From Deltaproteobacteria bacterium (GTDB lineage Bacteria > UBA10199 > SPLOWO2-01-44-7): a stretch of DNA of 64,000 bases. Under the pieces are notes generated by a model. The model made no database searches, had not been told where the DNA came from, and saw only the letters and a list, made by a program, of their open reading frames with translations. The DNA lies in assembly GCA_030648035.1 (NCBI GenBank), contig JAUSII010000122.1:24537-88536 (forward strand), in the 5' to 3' direction. How positions within the stretch are numbered: the stretch's first letter is position 1; every line of letters starts with the position of its first letter. Positions 1 through 11,092 of this stretch are shown here, in pieces. The translations under genes were made by a program, and so were the position numbers.

Positions 1-204
1 TGGTTCAAAGAGGCACTCCCCAAACAGGGTTGGACCATCAGCGGCGAGGAGCAGGCGACGCCCGAGCTGGGCCAGATCTATTTTGGCAACGACCAATACA
101 GCGGCGCCGTCACCTTCGCCAAAGACAAACAGAGCGGTTTGACCATGATCACCCTCTCCGCCATGACCGCCGAAGAGGCCCAGAAAATTGGGCAGGCCCA
201 GTAA
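1..204 (+). CDS. 3' end of a hypothetical protein (frame 1 is open from the window edge; ...TAEEAQKIGQAQ*)
   Basis: Frame-1 translation is open from nt 1 to TAA at 202-204 with bacterial-like codon usage. The listed 30..242 ORF is in a different frame and looks like a GC-rich shadow. Confidence 0.4.
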   Translation, partial: WFKEALPKQGWTISGEEQATPELGQIYFGNDQYSGAVTFAKDKQSGLTMITLSAMTAEEAQKIGQAQ

Positions 205-567
205 TAACAGCCATCACATTAACCCCGAAGGGGCCCCTTTGAGGCAAAGTGAAGGATCTCGTGAAAATACACAAAAAATTGGGATTCTTCGCTTCACTCA
301 GAATGACACGCCGAAATTTTCATGGATTTTGAGAGGCGCCGCAAAATAAATCTTGACAGCAATTGCATTCATGTACTAGTTCATGAATACACATGAAAAC
401 AGAACCTTTCAAAAATTCTATAAACGCCTTCAGAACCGCTAGATCCGCTGCGCCCTACTCACTTTCTCGTTTTGCCCTAGAAATACAATGGTGGGCTTAA
501 AGCCCATTTCAACCCTGTCTTGATAAATATTTTTTGCCTTTTTTAACCATTTACAACAGGAGGAATT

Positions 568-918
568 ATGTCTCAATACGATTATACATGTTCAAAAAAA
601 ATACACACTTATGGCCCGCCCTGTTTCATGGGTGACAACAATGAACCACAATGCACGTACAAAACAACGGAATGTACAATATTCAAAGTTTTGCCTAGCG
701 ATACGATATTCGATAAATTTTTTTCGATGCACTGTTCTTCATTTTCACTTTTCATTGAAAATGCTCGAACCGCAATCAAAGGAGTTCTTACGGAACATAA
801 AAAATCAACCCTGGCCAATACAGGAGTTGAACGACCCTGTTCTGAAATAAGTCTTTTTGACGGCTGTGGAAGCCGTGATGAAGCACCCATTTGCAAAAAA
901 TGCAGTGGCTCCTTTTAA
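568..918 (+). CDS. small Cys-rich hypothetical protein (116 aa)
   Basis: AGGAGG RBS sits 6 nt upstream of the ATG. The protein has 10 Cys and no recognisable family. Confidence 0.45.
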   Translation: MSQYDYTCSKKIHTYGPPCFMGDNNEPQCTYKTTECTIFKVLPSDTIFDKFFSMHCSSFSLFIENARTAIKGVLTEHKKSTLANTGVERPCSEISLFDGCGSRDEAPICKKCSGSF

Positions 919-991
919 CCAATGGGGGTTGTTTGGTCAAAAGTGGAGAATAGAAAATAGAAAATGGAGGAACCCCGCCTTGCGGCGGGGT

Positions 992-1082
992 TGGTGCCCG
1001 GGGCCGGACTTGAACCGGCAAGGACTGTATTAGAGTCCGAGGGATTTTAAATCCCTTGAGGTTACCATTTCTCCACCCGGGC
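992..1082 (-). tRNA. tRNA-Leu(UAA), CCA encoded
   Basis: Manual cloverleaf: 7-bp acceptor GCCCGGG/CCCGGGC, discriminator A, anticodon stem AGGGA/UCCCU with loop UUUAAAA, long variable arm, CCA encoded. Confidence 0.85.
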
Positions 1083-1725
1083 ATTTTAAATTCTCAAGAC
1101 ACTGTAATGCCTTTAAACGTTTGCGGCCCAATGTTATGCAATTATTTTTATAACATGCAGATAAAACATTAGTTACTGCAGACTTGTTGCTAAATTTTAG
1201 AATATATCCGGTACTGGAATGATATTTTTCAAAATGGATCGTTCCTTTGGCTGCAAGAATCATTTGTGCTCTTTTTTGCAACCAAGTTAAAAAAGTTTTT
1301 GAGCCCGAATTAACCTTACAATACCACATTACTCGTCCTTTGGGCCTCACCCAATTTCTAATGCACCCATCTCCATCCAATACTCCTCTAAAAAAATGGG
1401 TGAATTGTTTTCTTGGGACATTCAAAGCGCCGAGTGTTTTACTTTTATTCGGAGTTAACCCTTGAATTTTCAGAAAATTGTAAAAGGATTTGGAACTGAT
1501 GACAACTCGATGACAAAGTTGTTTATTACCATTCCATTTCCTGCAGACATTACCACTCAACTTCATTTCCACTTTTATCAATTCTAAAAAATCTTTTTCC
1601 TTGGAACTGATATCCACATGCCTTCCATCCGAACTCAAACATCCATCACTTGTAATTAATCCGACTAAATACCAAAGATTCTCCGGAGAAAGGTTTTCCC
1701 AAAAAAATGTCCTTTTTGCTCCCAT
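1030..1725 (-). CDS. LAGLIDADG-family homing endonuclease, double-motif type
   Basis: Two LAGLIDADG-like motifs (LVGLITSDGCLSSDG and FFRGVLDGDGCI). Start taken at the Met just after tRNA-Cys. The 3' 53 nt of the ORF overlap the 5' half of tRNA-Leu. The region is AT-rich relative to its flanks. Confidence 0.75.
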   Translation of the reverse strand: MGAKRTFFWENLSPENLWYLVGLITSDGCLSSDGRHVDISSKEKDFLELIKVEMKLSGNVCRKWNGNKQLCHRVVISSKSFYNFLKIQGLTPNKSKTLGALNVPRKQFTHFFRGVLDGDGCIRNWVRPKGRVMWYCKVNSGSKTFLTWLQKRAQMILAAKGTIHFEKYHSSTGYILKFSNKSAVTNVLSACYKNNCITLGRKRLKALQCLENLKCPGGEMVTSRDLKSLGL

Positions 1726-1727
1726 TG

Positions 1728-1800
1728 AGGCGCGGGGCGGAGTCGAACCGCCGCATGACAGTTTTGCAAACTGCTCCCTTAACCACTTGGGTACCGCGCC
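1728..1800 (-). tRNA. tRNA-Cys(GCA)
   Basis: Manual fold: acceptor GGCGCGG/CCGCGCC, discriminator U, 3-bp D-stem (typical for Cys), anticodon loop UUGCAAA, T-loop UUCGACU. CCA is not encoded. Confidence 0.85.
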
Positions 1801-1930
1801 AAAATTTGTGCAACAAATTTCACGACTTGTTATTCGCAATACGGTTCACACGTCTTAAACAACCCCATCCATGCCGTCAACAAACAAAAAAGGTTTCGCG
1901 AATTACTCCCAACACTGATAGGGTCCGCGC

Positions 1931-2245
1931 ATGAGAAAACTTCTTTTTATACTGGTTTTGATGTCCTTTACCTCTCTTTGCATGGCAGAAGATAATGTGG
2001 AGATCGCCCCACAAACCGGAAGTGGTGGCGGCGGCCAAAAAGCCGTTCGCGGCACTCCCCAGGTAAAGAGCGGAAAACAGATGATGGTGCGGGGTCGGCA
2101 GTGCGTCACCTATTGTCCGGGCGGCGTTCCCACCTGCGCAAAAGAAGAATTGCGTTGCAAAAACCCTCTTCCGGAACAATTTCCGGAGTCGGCAGCAGAC
2201 CGCTTTCCCAATTTGGATGCCACAGATCGGGCGATGCAAAATTAA
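1931..2245 (+). CDS. small secreted Cys-containing hypothetical protein
   Basis: N-terminal signal peptide MRKLLFILVLMSFTSLCMA followed by a Gly-rich linker. Confidence 0.5.
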   Translation: MRKLLFILVLMSFTSLCMAEDNVEIAPQTGSGGGGQKAVRGTPQVKSGKQMMVRGRQCVTYCPGGVPTCAKEELRCKNPLPEQFPESAADRFPNLDATDRAMQN

Positions 2246-2296
2246 TTTACTCTCTTTGCCCTTGCCGACGAAGAACGCCCCTGCTAAGCAGGGCCA

Positions 2297-2965
2297 ATGC
2301 ATCGCCCCTTTTTTTCCATCCCCTGTTTTGCAATATTGTTGTTTGTCTCCCACACCCTTTTTGCCTCTGACACCACCGCTCCCTGGGAACCGCTCAAAAT
2401 AATTGTCATCAAAGCCGATCTTGCTCCAAATAAAAAAGAAAAAGGCCCGCTGGTAAAACAGGCTCTGAAACTCGCAGGGGAATGCGTGGCACAATATCCG
2501 CATGAGGCCGGATGTTATTATTATCGCGGTCAGGCCATCGGCCTCCACACAGAGTCGCTTCTCTTTGGCTGGCAAAAGGAGGTCCGCTTGATGATCGCCG
2601 ACTGGCAAAAGGCCCTCTCACTCGATCCCAAATTTGATCACGGGGGACCTGACCGCATGTTGGGCGAACTTTTCACATCCCTTCCAAAATATTTCGGCAC
2701 CAAAGAAGTGAGACAGGATATTCCCAAAGCGGCATCCCATCTCAAGACATCCATCCAAATCGCCCCCGACTACCCGACCCAGCAACTCGACATGGCGGAG
2801 CTTCTTGTGGACCAAAAAAAATGGGAAGAGGCCAATCTCTATTTGAAAAAAGCAGAACTTCTTTTTCCACAATGTCAAAACGATCCCTATTATCCCGGCT
2901 GGCAGGCGACATTTAAAACTTTAAACAAACAAATCTTGAAAGGAGATTCCCATGGCAAGCGTTAA
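2297..2965 (+). CDS. secreted hypothetical protein (helical, TPR-like)
   Basis: Signal peptide present; no catalytic motifs. Overlaps the ssb start by 14 nt. Confidence 0.5.
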   Translation: MHRPFFSIPCFAILLFVSHTLFASDTTAPWEPLKIIVIKADLAPNKKEKGPLVKQALKLAGECVAQYPHEAGCYYYRGQAIGLHTESLLFGWQKEVRLMIADWQKALSLDPKFDHGGPDRMLGELFTSLPKYFGTKEVRQDIPKAASHLKTSIQIAPDYPTQQLDMAELLVDQKKWEEANLYLKKAELLFPQCQNDPYYPGWQATFKTLNKQILKGDSHGKR

Positions 2966-3413
2966 CAAAGTAATTCTGATCGGCAACCTTGGCGCCGATC
3001 CGGAAAAGAAAGTGACCGGCGGTGGACTGACCATGTGCAATCTGCGCATCGCCACCACCGACAAGTGGACCGACAAGCAGGGACAAAAGCAGGAAAAAAC
3101 GGAATGGCACCGCGTGGTGGTGTTCGGACCGCAAGCCGACAATTGCGTGAAGTATCTCGCCAAAGGGCGTCAGGCTTATATCGAGGGGAGAATTCAGACC
3201 CGCTCGTGGGACGACCAGCAGGGTGTGAAGAAATATATGACCGAGATTGTTGCAGATCGCGTGCAATTTCTGGGTGGCAGTCCCGGCCAGGGCACCGGCA
3301 CCAGCACCGGCGGCTACAAGAAACCGACCGAAGAGGCCGAACCGTTTCCCGCTGAATTTGGCGGCGGCGCAGACAACCAGGCCAGTGGCGGCGATGACGA
3401 CGTGCCGTTTTAG
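2952..3413 (+). CDS. ssb: single-stranded DNA-binding protein
   Basis: OB-fold N-terminus ([12 protein letters not shown]...WHRVVVFG), Gly-rich tail and the acidic C-terminal tip DDDVPF. Confidence 0.95.
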   Translation: MASVNKVILIGNLGADPEKKVTGGGLTMCNLRIATTDKWTDKQGQKQEKTEWHRVVVFGPQADNCVKYLAKGRQAYIEGRIQTRSWDDQQGVKKYMTEIVADRVQFLGGSPGQGTGTSTGGYKKPTEEAEPFPAEFGGGADNQASGGDDDVPF

Positions 3414-4414
3414 TGTTGTTTGGAGGCGGTGTTGAAGCGGATGCCGACGGAGAAGAGAACCGAAAAATCGACAGAGGGGCCGTCGGCCAGAATATCTTCC
3501 GAGAATCCGACCTGCCAGAAAAAGGGTTTGGCAAATCGGCCAAAACAGTTGTCACCGCGAACACCGATAACGAAATCCATCGGAATTCCATCCCACGTTT
3601 GCAAACCTGTCCCCTTCAGGCGCGGCGTTCCGCCGGTGAGTTGCACAATCGCGGCGGTATGTTCTGAAAAACTATATTCACCCGCCAGGGTATAATCAAA
3701 AAACGGCGTCTCCATCAGATTCAGAAATGCGTTATTGCCGCCGTCGACGAGATAATTGGTGTTGAGATATCCGTGCAGGCGCCGATACGATTTCTCCATC
3801 GCCACGCCAAAACCAAAACCGGCATTCCCCGACCCCAGCCCCCCTTCGGAATCACCGCTCGGAATTTTAAATCCAAACCGCCACGACAATCCCGGCACAA
3901 GTTCCCCTTCATGCAATAATTGATGTTTTGAAAACAGGGTGATGTCACCCAGATTTATTTTTTGGGAACCGGCATTATAGAGCAGACCTCCCCCGCGCGT
4001 GACGCGATAATTATAAACGTCATCGGCCACCTGATCTCTGCCGCCGTTGGGGAATCCGAAAAAATCGTGATAATTCTGGATAAAAGAGTCGAGAAAACCG
4101 CCGTCAAAATGAAGCAGAGGCACTTCGATCCCCACTTCCATATTCGGCAAAACGCCGTAGGTCGCCACCCAGCCGAGGCGCCAGAGTTCCATGTCGAGAT
4201 TTTCTCCAAAGGCGGGGGTCGATTCTTTTTCAAAAATATTGGAATAGGCCGAATCGACGCGCAATTCCAAAACTCCTTTGGGCAACACCTCCGCACGCGC
4301 GGGCAAAAGTGTGATGGTCTGCAGATAAACCGGATTCTGTGTGCGCAACGTGAGCGGACCTTGAGGTGTATAGAAATTGGCGTGGGCCACGGCGGGCAGA
4401 AGCAGTATTGTCAT
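3410..4414 (-). CDS. outer-membrane beta-barrel-like hypothetical protein (DUF3187-like)
   Basis: Signal peptide [12 protein letters not shown], with alternating amphipathic strands rich in G/Y/F. The start codon lies inside the GTCATTGCGAG repeat. Confidence 0.55.
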   Translation of the reverse strand: MTILLLPAVAHANFYTPQGPLTLRTQNPVYLQTITLLPARAEVLPKGVLELRVDSAYSNIFEKESTPAFGENLDMELWRLGWVATYGVLPNMEVGIEVPLLHFDGGFLDSFIQNYHDFFGFPNGGRDQVADDVYNYRVTRGGGLLYNAGSQKINLGDITLFSKHQLLHEGELVPGLSWRFGFKIPSGDSEGGLGSGNAGFGFGVAMEKSYRRLHGYLNTNYLVDGGNNAFLNLMETPFFDYTLAGEYSFSEHTAAIVQLTGGTPRLKGTGLQTWDGIPMDFVIGVRGDNCFGRFAKPFFWQVGFSEDILADGPSVDFSVLFSVGIRFNTASKQH

Positions 4415-4480
4415 TGCGAGGCCCCAAAGGGGCCGTGGCAATCCCGCTGTTCCACTGGATTGCTTCGTCGCTGACGCTCC
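4410..4480. repeat. GTCATTGCGAGG...CCTCGCAATGAC nested-palindrome element, copy 1 of 5
   Basis: Terminal inverted repeats GTCATTGCGAG with internal GGCAATCCCG/CGGGATTGC palindromes. Confidence 0.8.
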
Positions 4481-4493
4481 TCGCAATGACACT

Positions 4494-5426
4494 TTAAGAT
4501 GCATGGTGTGTGAGAAATCGTTCTGCATCTATTGCGGCGGCGCAACCGGTGCCGGCGGCGGTCACAGCCTGACGATAAATGGAATCTTGCACATCGCCGC
4601 AGGCAAACACGCCGGGGATATCGGTGGCCATGGAGGGTTGCTTCTTTGTGACAATGTAACCTTTGGCATCAAGCTCCAGCTGGCCCTTGAAAAGTGCGGT
4701 GTTCGGTTTGTGGCCGATGGCAATGAACAACCCATCGCAAGCCAGATCGCTTTTTTGGCCGGTCTTCAGATTTTTCAATTTTACACCGGTCACCTTGCCT
4801 TGGGCGAGATCCATCACCTCTTCTATCGCGCTGTCCAAAACGAATTTGATTTTGGGATCATCCATGGCCCGCTTCTGCATGATTTTGGAGGCTCTAAAGG
4901 TGTCGCGCCGGTGAATAATAGTGACCTTGCTTGCAAATTTGGCCAGAAACGTGGCCTCTTCCATGGCGGTGTCGCCACCACCGACCACCACCACATGCTG
5001 ATTCTTGAAAAAGAAAGCGTCACAGGTAGCACAGGCCGAAACCCCTTTGCCCCAGAGTTTTTTCTCCGACTCCAGCCCCAACCACATGGCCGAAGCGCCG
5101 GTAGAAATAATCAGAGTTTCGCCCTCATACACCTGATCGCCCACCCAGATTTTAAAAGGTCTCTTGGAAAGATCGACTTTTGTCACATCACCTTGCAACA
5201 CTTCGGTGCCAAAACGAACCGCCTGCTCTTTCATCAGCACCATCAACTCCGGCCCCAGAATCCCCTTGGGAAAGCCGGGATAATTTTCGACATCAGAAGT
5301 AATCGTAAGCTGACCGCCGGGCTGTGTCCCCTCGATCAAAAGCGGTTGCAAATTCGCGCGCGCCGCATAGACCGCCGCCGTACAACCGGCACAACCCGAA
5401 CCCAAGATTATTACTTTATGAGACAT
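4494..5426 (-). CDS. trxB: thioredoxin-disulfide reductase
   Basis: FAD-binding GSGCAGCTAA, redox-active CATCD and NADPH-binding GGGDTA motifs; 310 aa. Confidence 0.95.
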   Translation of the reverse strand: MSHKVIILGSGCAGCTAAVYAARANLQPLLIEGTQPGGQLTITSDVENYPGFPKGILGPELMVLMKEQAVRFGTEVLQGDVTKVDLSKRPFKIWVGDQVYEGETLIISTGASAMWLGLESEKKLWGKGVSACATCDAFFFKNQHVVVVGGGDTAMEEATFLAKFASKVTIIHRRDTFRASKIMQKRAMDDPKIKFVLDSAIEEVMDLAQGKVTGVKLKNLKTGQKSDLACDGLFIAIGHKPNTALFKGQLELDAKGYIVTKKQPSMATDIPGVFACGDVQDSIYRQAVTAAGTGCAAAIDAERFLTHHAS

Positions 5427-5518
5427 AACGGTTGCGGAAAGTAGCCGCTACCTTTTGCAACGTCAAGAAGGGAATCTGTCATCTCGACTTTTACAAAAAA
5501 ATTGTTTAGAAAAACTTT

Positions 5519-6259
5519 ATGTCCTCTGTTCTCATTGCCGAGAAACTGACCCGTTGCTTCAACAATCTCTGTGCGGTCGATCATATCGATTTTGCGGTGC
5601 AGAAGGGGCATTGCTTCGGTTTTTTGGGACCCAACGGCGCCGGAAAAACGACGACGATCAAAATGATTTATGGCGCACTCACTCCCACATCGGGGAGCAT
5701 CACCCTTTTTGGCCTCCCCACAATGAAAAACTGGCGCGAGGTCAAAAAAAGATTGGGCGTCGTCACGCAAAAAGACATTCTGGAAGAGACGGTCTCCTGT
5801 TGGGACAATCTTCGAATGCAGGGGCGCCATTACGGGTTTGATGAAAAATTTATTCGAGAGCGCGGTGAATATCTTCTGAATCTTTTACAACTCTCCTCCC
5901 GCGCCAACGACCCGGTCTATCAATTTTCCGGCGGCATGAAGCGACGATTGAGCATCGCCAAAGGGTTGCTCAACGAGCCGGAACTTCTGCTTCTGGACGA
6001 ACCGACCACCGGCCTCGACCCGCAGGCGAGATTGCTGATGTGGAAAACATTGGAAGACATAAAATCGAAGGGAACCTCCATCCTGCTCACCACCCATTAC
6101 ATGCACGAAGCCGAAACGCTCTGCGACGATCTGGTCATCATCGACCACGGCAAAATCATCGCGCGCGGGGCGCCAAAATTGCTGATTGAAAAACAGGGGC
6201 GCAAAAATCTGGAAGAAGTTTTTCTGGAACTGACGGGAAGGGATTTGCGAAATGAATAA
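5519..6259 (+). CDS. ABC transporter ATP-binding protein (ABC-2 exporter type)
   Basis: Walker A GPNGAGKTT, signature LSGGMKRRL, Walker B LLLDEPTTGLD. Confidence 0.9.
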   Translation: MSSVLIAEKLTRCFNNLCAVDHIDFAVQKGHCFGFLGPNGAGKTTTIKMIYGALTPTSGSITLFGLPTMKNWREVKKRLGVVTQKDILEETVSCWDNLRMQGRHYGFDEKFIRERGEYLLNLLQLSSRANDPVYQFSGGMKRRLSIAKGLLNEPELLLLDEPTTGLDPQARLLMWKTLEDIKSKGTSILLTTHYMHEAETLCDDLVIIDHGKIIARGAPKLLIEKQGRKNLEEVFLELTGRDLRNE

Positions 6260-7034
6260 AAGAATCTGGTGGAAGGGAGTGTTGAGCGTCTGGTGGCGGA
6301 ATGCGCTGATGTATTCCAAAACCTGGAAACTGAACCTTCTCCCCAATTTTTTCGAGCCGGTTTTTTTTCTGATCGGTTTGGGATTGGGCGTCGGCTTCTA
6401 CATCCAGCAAATCAATGGCGTGCCATATCCTGTTTTTCTCGCACCCGGTCTGATCGCCATCGCCGCAATGAACGGTGCCAGCTTTGAATCAACCTACAAC
6501 GTCTATGTGCGGATGAATTACAATCGCACCTACGACGGCATCCTGGCGACACCGGTCAACGAAAACGAAATTGTGCTGGGAGAAATGTTCTGGTCAATCA
6601 CACGGGCCTGGATTTATGGCGGCGCATTTTATCTGATCACCTGCATGTTCGGATTGATTCCCTCGTGGTGGTCGGTCGGTGTTTTGGGAGTGCTGGTGCT
6701 GACCGGTTATCTTTTTGCCGGTATCGGCATGACCTTTTCGTTTGTCATCCCCGCGATCGATCTTTTCAGCGTCTACTTCACACTCTTTCTCACGCCATTG
6801 TATATTTTCAGCGACACTTTTTTTCCCCTGCAAGAAAGATTGGGAAGCCAATGGATGTGGATTGCAGAGCTCAATCCCCTCTTCCATTGTGTCCGCCTCA
6901 CAAGGGCCTTCACCATGGGGGAGTTTTCGTCGATACTGATTTGGGATCTGATTTATATCATTGCAGTCGGCGGCCTCTTCCATACACTGGCCCTGCGACA
7001 ATTTAAAAAGCGGATTCATCAACCGGCACGATGA
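6252..7034 (+). CDS. ABC-2 family transporter permease
   Basis: Six predicted TM segments; overlaps the ATPase gene by 8 nt, suggesting translational coupling. Confidence 0.85.
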   Translation: MNKRIWWKGVLSVWWRNALMYSKTWKLNLLPNFFEPVFFLIGLGLGVGFYIQQINGVPYPVFLAPGLIAIAAMNGASFESTYNVYVRMNYNRTYDGILATPVNENEIVLGEMFWSITRAWIYGGAFYLITCMFGLIPSWWSVGVLGVLVLTGYLFAGIGMTFSFVIPAIDLFSVYFTLFLTPLYIFSDTFFPLQERLGSQWMWIAELNPLFHCVRLTRAFTMGEFSSILIWDLIYIIAVGGLFHTLALRQFKKRIHQPAR

Positions 7035-8275
7035 CAAATTCAAAAACAGCTCTTGTATTATCGGGTGGGGGCGCACGCGGCGCTTATGAAGCTGGAGTGC
7101 TTTATCATCTTCGCGAGAAGGTCGCCCCCGATCGGCACGGCTTTGCCATTCACTGCGGCACCAGCGCCGGCAGTCTCAACAGCTGTTTTCTGGCCGCTAC
7201 CGCGCACGACCCCACGACGCAGGGAAAAAAATTGCGCCTGCTGTGGGAGAATCTTCGATCCTCCGATGTCTATCGCGGCGATTTTGGCGCCCTGACCCAA
7301 CTTCTCGCCCGTTCAGCCGCCTACACCACCACCCATCTTTTCGGGCTGTCGGGCCTGATAAAAAAATGGGCCGGAGATGTCAAACCATTCCAGGGCATTC
7401 TGGATACCAGCCCCTTCATCCCCTTTCTCAAAAAAGCGGTCCCCTTTTCGCAGATTCGCACCAACATCAAAAAAGGACTCCTCGATGCCATTGCCATCGC
7501 CACCACCAACCTCGGCAACGGAAAGCTGGAGCTCTTCATCGACAAACAAGACTCGGTCGCCTACACCGGCGCCTATCGCATCAAGATCGAACCGATCGAC
7601 TGGGTGCACGCCATGGCCTCCGCCGCGGTGCCCATCATCTTCCCTCCCATTCGCATCGGCCGATATTTTTATGTCGATGGAAGCATCCGCCAGAATACAC
7701 CGATGAGCCCCGCGGTCCAGTTGGGGGCCGACAAAATCATGATTATCGGCGTAAAATATAAACCCAATCTCGAAAACTCGGGGAGTTTTCCGGCGAATGA
7801 AGAGAGCCCCTACCCCAGCTTCACACATATGGCGGGCAAACTGCTCGATGCCCTTTTTCTGGATCACATCGACTATGATCTGGAACAGATGACCCGCATC
7901 AATCGCGTGATCGAATGGAGCGAACAGTTGTATGGGCCCACTTATCTGGAAGACATAAACACCATGTTGCGAAATAAAAAAATCAAAGGCGACATTGCCA
8001 ACCGGGGATTGAAAAAAATAGAGGCCTTCTCGTTTTTTCCGAGCGAAGATATCGGCAAAATTGCCTGTGAGCGGCTGATGAAGTTGAGCCGCAATAAGGC
8101 AAAACTCTCGCAGGTGGAGCGTTTCCTCCTCAAATTTATGGAGGTCGATCCCAAGGCCGACATGGATCTGTTGAGCTATCTTCTATTTGAAAAAGAATAT
8201 ATCGGCTCCCTGATCGACATCGGTATCAAGGATTGCAAGGCGAGAGAGAAAGAGTTGGCCCGGTTCCTGACATAG
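7031..8275 (+). CDS. patatin-like phospholipase
   Basis: Oxyanion-hole GGGARG, nucleophile GTSAG (GxSxG) and the DGS/DGG catalytic Asp motif. Confidence 0.85.
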   Translation: MTNSKTALVLSGGGARGAYEAGVLYHLREKVAPDRHGFAIHCGTSAGSLNSCFLAATAHDPTTQGKKLRLLWENLRSSDVYRGDFGALTQLLARSAAYTTTHLFGLSGLIKKWAGDVKPFQGILDTSPFIPFLKKAVPFSQIRTNIKKGLLDAIAIATTNLGNGKLELFIDKQDSVAYTGAYRIKIEPIDWVHAMASAAVPIIFPPIRIGRYFYVDGSIRQNTPMSPAVQLGADKIMIIGVKYKPNLENSGSFPANEESPYPSFTHMAGKLLDALFLDHIDYDLEQMTRINRVIEWSEQLYGPTYLEDINTMLRNKKIKGDIANRGLKKIEAFSFFPSEDIGKIACERLMKLSRNKAKLSQVERFLLKFMEVDPKADMDLLSYLLFEKEYIGSLIDIGIKDCKAREKELARFLT

Positions 8276-8409
8276 CCCCCATGTTTTAAATCCAAAACAG
8301 CTTGTCTCAAAACAGGACAATAAAAAGTTTCCTGCAAAAATCACGCGGGTCTGGGGTGGCATGTCCTTTGCATTGGTCCTGCACAAACAACCAAGAAAGG
8401 AACCATTTT

Positions 8410-9438
8410 ATGTCTCAAACCATTTCCGCAAGCCAACTCTACAACACGGCAGGAAAGATCTACGGCCAGAGAGCCCAAGCACCTCTGGCGAAAATTTTAA
8501 CCGAATACGGTTTTGGAGAAACCGTGGATGTTTTTCAGGAGAATCCGGGGGATGGAGCCGTCTCCATTCCATACGAAATATTTCAGGACAAGACTCCCAT
8601 TCGGGGGGTTCTCCGTTTTGCATCAGACGGTTCCATTTATGACGGTCTCCAAAAATTAAATACAAGACTGGGAACCGGTGTCGGATCTTTGCTCGTGGCC
8701 TCTGCATTTGGTGAAGCGGAACTTGGAAGAAAACCGGCCGGCCTTGATACGCAACTTTTAAAAAGTGCCTTGAATCTGTATGCGTGTCTCGGTTCTAATG
8801 CTGATTCCCAATCAACCTGTTTGGGCAAAACGGATGGCAAGTTGGCCTCTCTAAAACGCACCCGCACAGAAAAACCGAAAAAACTGGAGGTCCAAAACGG
8901 ACAAAAGGCAAATGAGAATAATAATATAAGAGACGCATTCAACCAAAAAACGGAAACCCTTTTGAACTTTGCAAATCAGGTGAAAGACATTTCCATTCGC
9001 GACCATACCCCCTGGATCATCCCGTGGGGCAAGAACAAGGACAAGGTCACCGAAATATTGGCGGAAGAACTCCCGATGATTTCTGCAACACGCTCGGACA
9101 CTCTCGAAGGTTCGAGAGATCGTATCACACGGACAATGCAAATGATCAACCGCTTGATGGAAATTTCTGAAGGAAAAGAGTCCTGCGAAGACATTTCCGG
9201 TTGTAGCGTTGAGAAGGGTTCGGAGCCCTCTTGCAGTGCCGATTATGACGGCTACCCCCCGGTCACCTATTCCTATCAGGGGATGACACTCCGTTCCACC
9301 TCGGGCGGTTGCTCCAAAAAACAGGAGCCGATAAAACATGACAATCCCTGTGCCGGCGGCATGTGCCGAAATGAATCTCCAAGTGCCAATAACAAGCCAG
9401 ATCCAAGGGACAGACAGCACTTCGGAAAATGGTGGTGA
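8410..9438 (+). CDS. hypothetical protein (342 aa)
   Basis: Internal start with AAGGAA RBS; no recognisable motifs. Confidence 0.45.
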   Translation: MSQTISASQLYNTAGKIYGQRAQAPLAKILTEYGFGETVDVFQENPGDGAVSIPYEIFQDKTPIRGVLRFASDGSIYDGLQKLNTRLGTGVGSLLVASAFGEAELGRKPAGLDTQLLKSALNLYACLGSNADSQSTCLGKTDGKLASLKRTRTEKPKKLEVQNGQKANENNNIRDAFNQKTETLLNFANQVKDISIRDHTPWIIPWGKNKDKVTEILAEELPMISATRSDTLEGSRDRITRTMQMINRLMEISEGKESCEDISGCSVEKGSEPSCSADYDGYPPVTYSYQGMTLRSTSGGCSKKQEPIKHDNPCAGGMCRNESPSANNKPDPRDRQHFGKWW

Positions 9439-9452
9439 CCGAAGATCACTGA

Positions 9453-10980
<1,528 letters not shown>

Positions 10981-11092
10981 TGTCCATTTTTTTACGAATG
11001 ACGAGAATCCCCTCCCGTTTTCTTTTTAAAAATCAATCTCCCCTCTTTGGCACGCGTTTCGCATTCAGCAAACCCAACAAGGGGGTTTAACC

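Noticed and set aside
30-242. 70-aa ORF at the window start
   Set aside because: Arg-rich translation typical of an off-frame read; frame 1 (1-204) gives a plausible protein C-terminus instead.
340-380. Sigma70-like promoter (TTGACA ... TAGTTC) in the first intergenic region
   Set aside because: The -10 element is poor and there is no supporting gene start within 150 bp, so it is not reportable.
992-1082. Possible group I intron in tRNA-Leu(UAA), the classic host, explaining the LAGLIDADG ORF
   Set aside because: The anticodon stem-loop (AGGGA-UUUAAAA-UCCCU) is uninterrupted and the whole cloverleaf is contiguous, so the endonuclease lies outside the tRNA between two complete tRNAs.
4377-5444. 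355-aa plus-strand ORF
   Set aside because: Antisense to the well-supported trxB gene.
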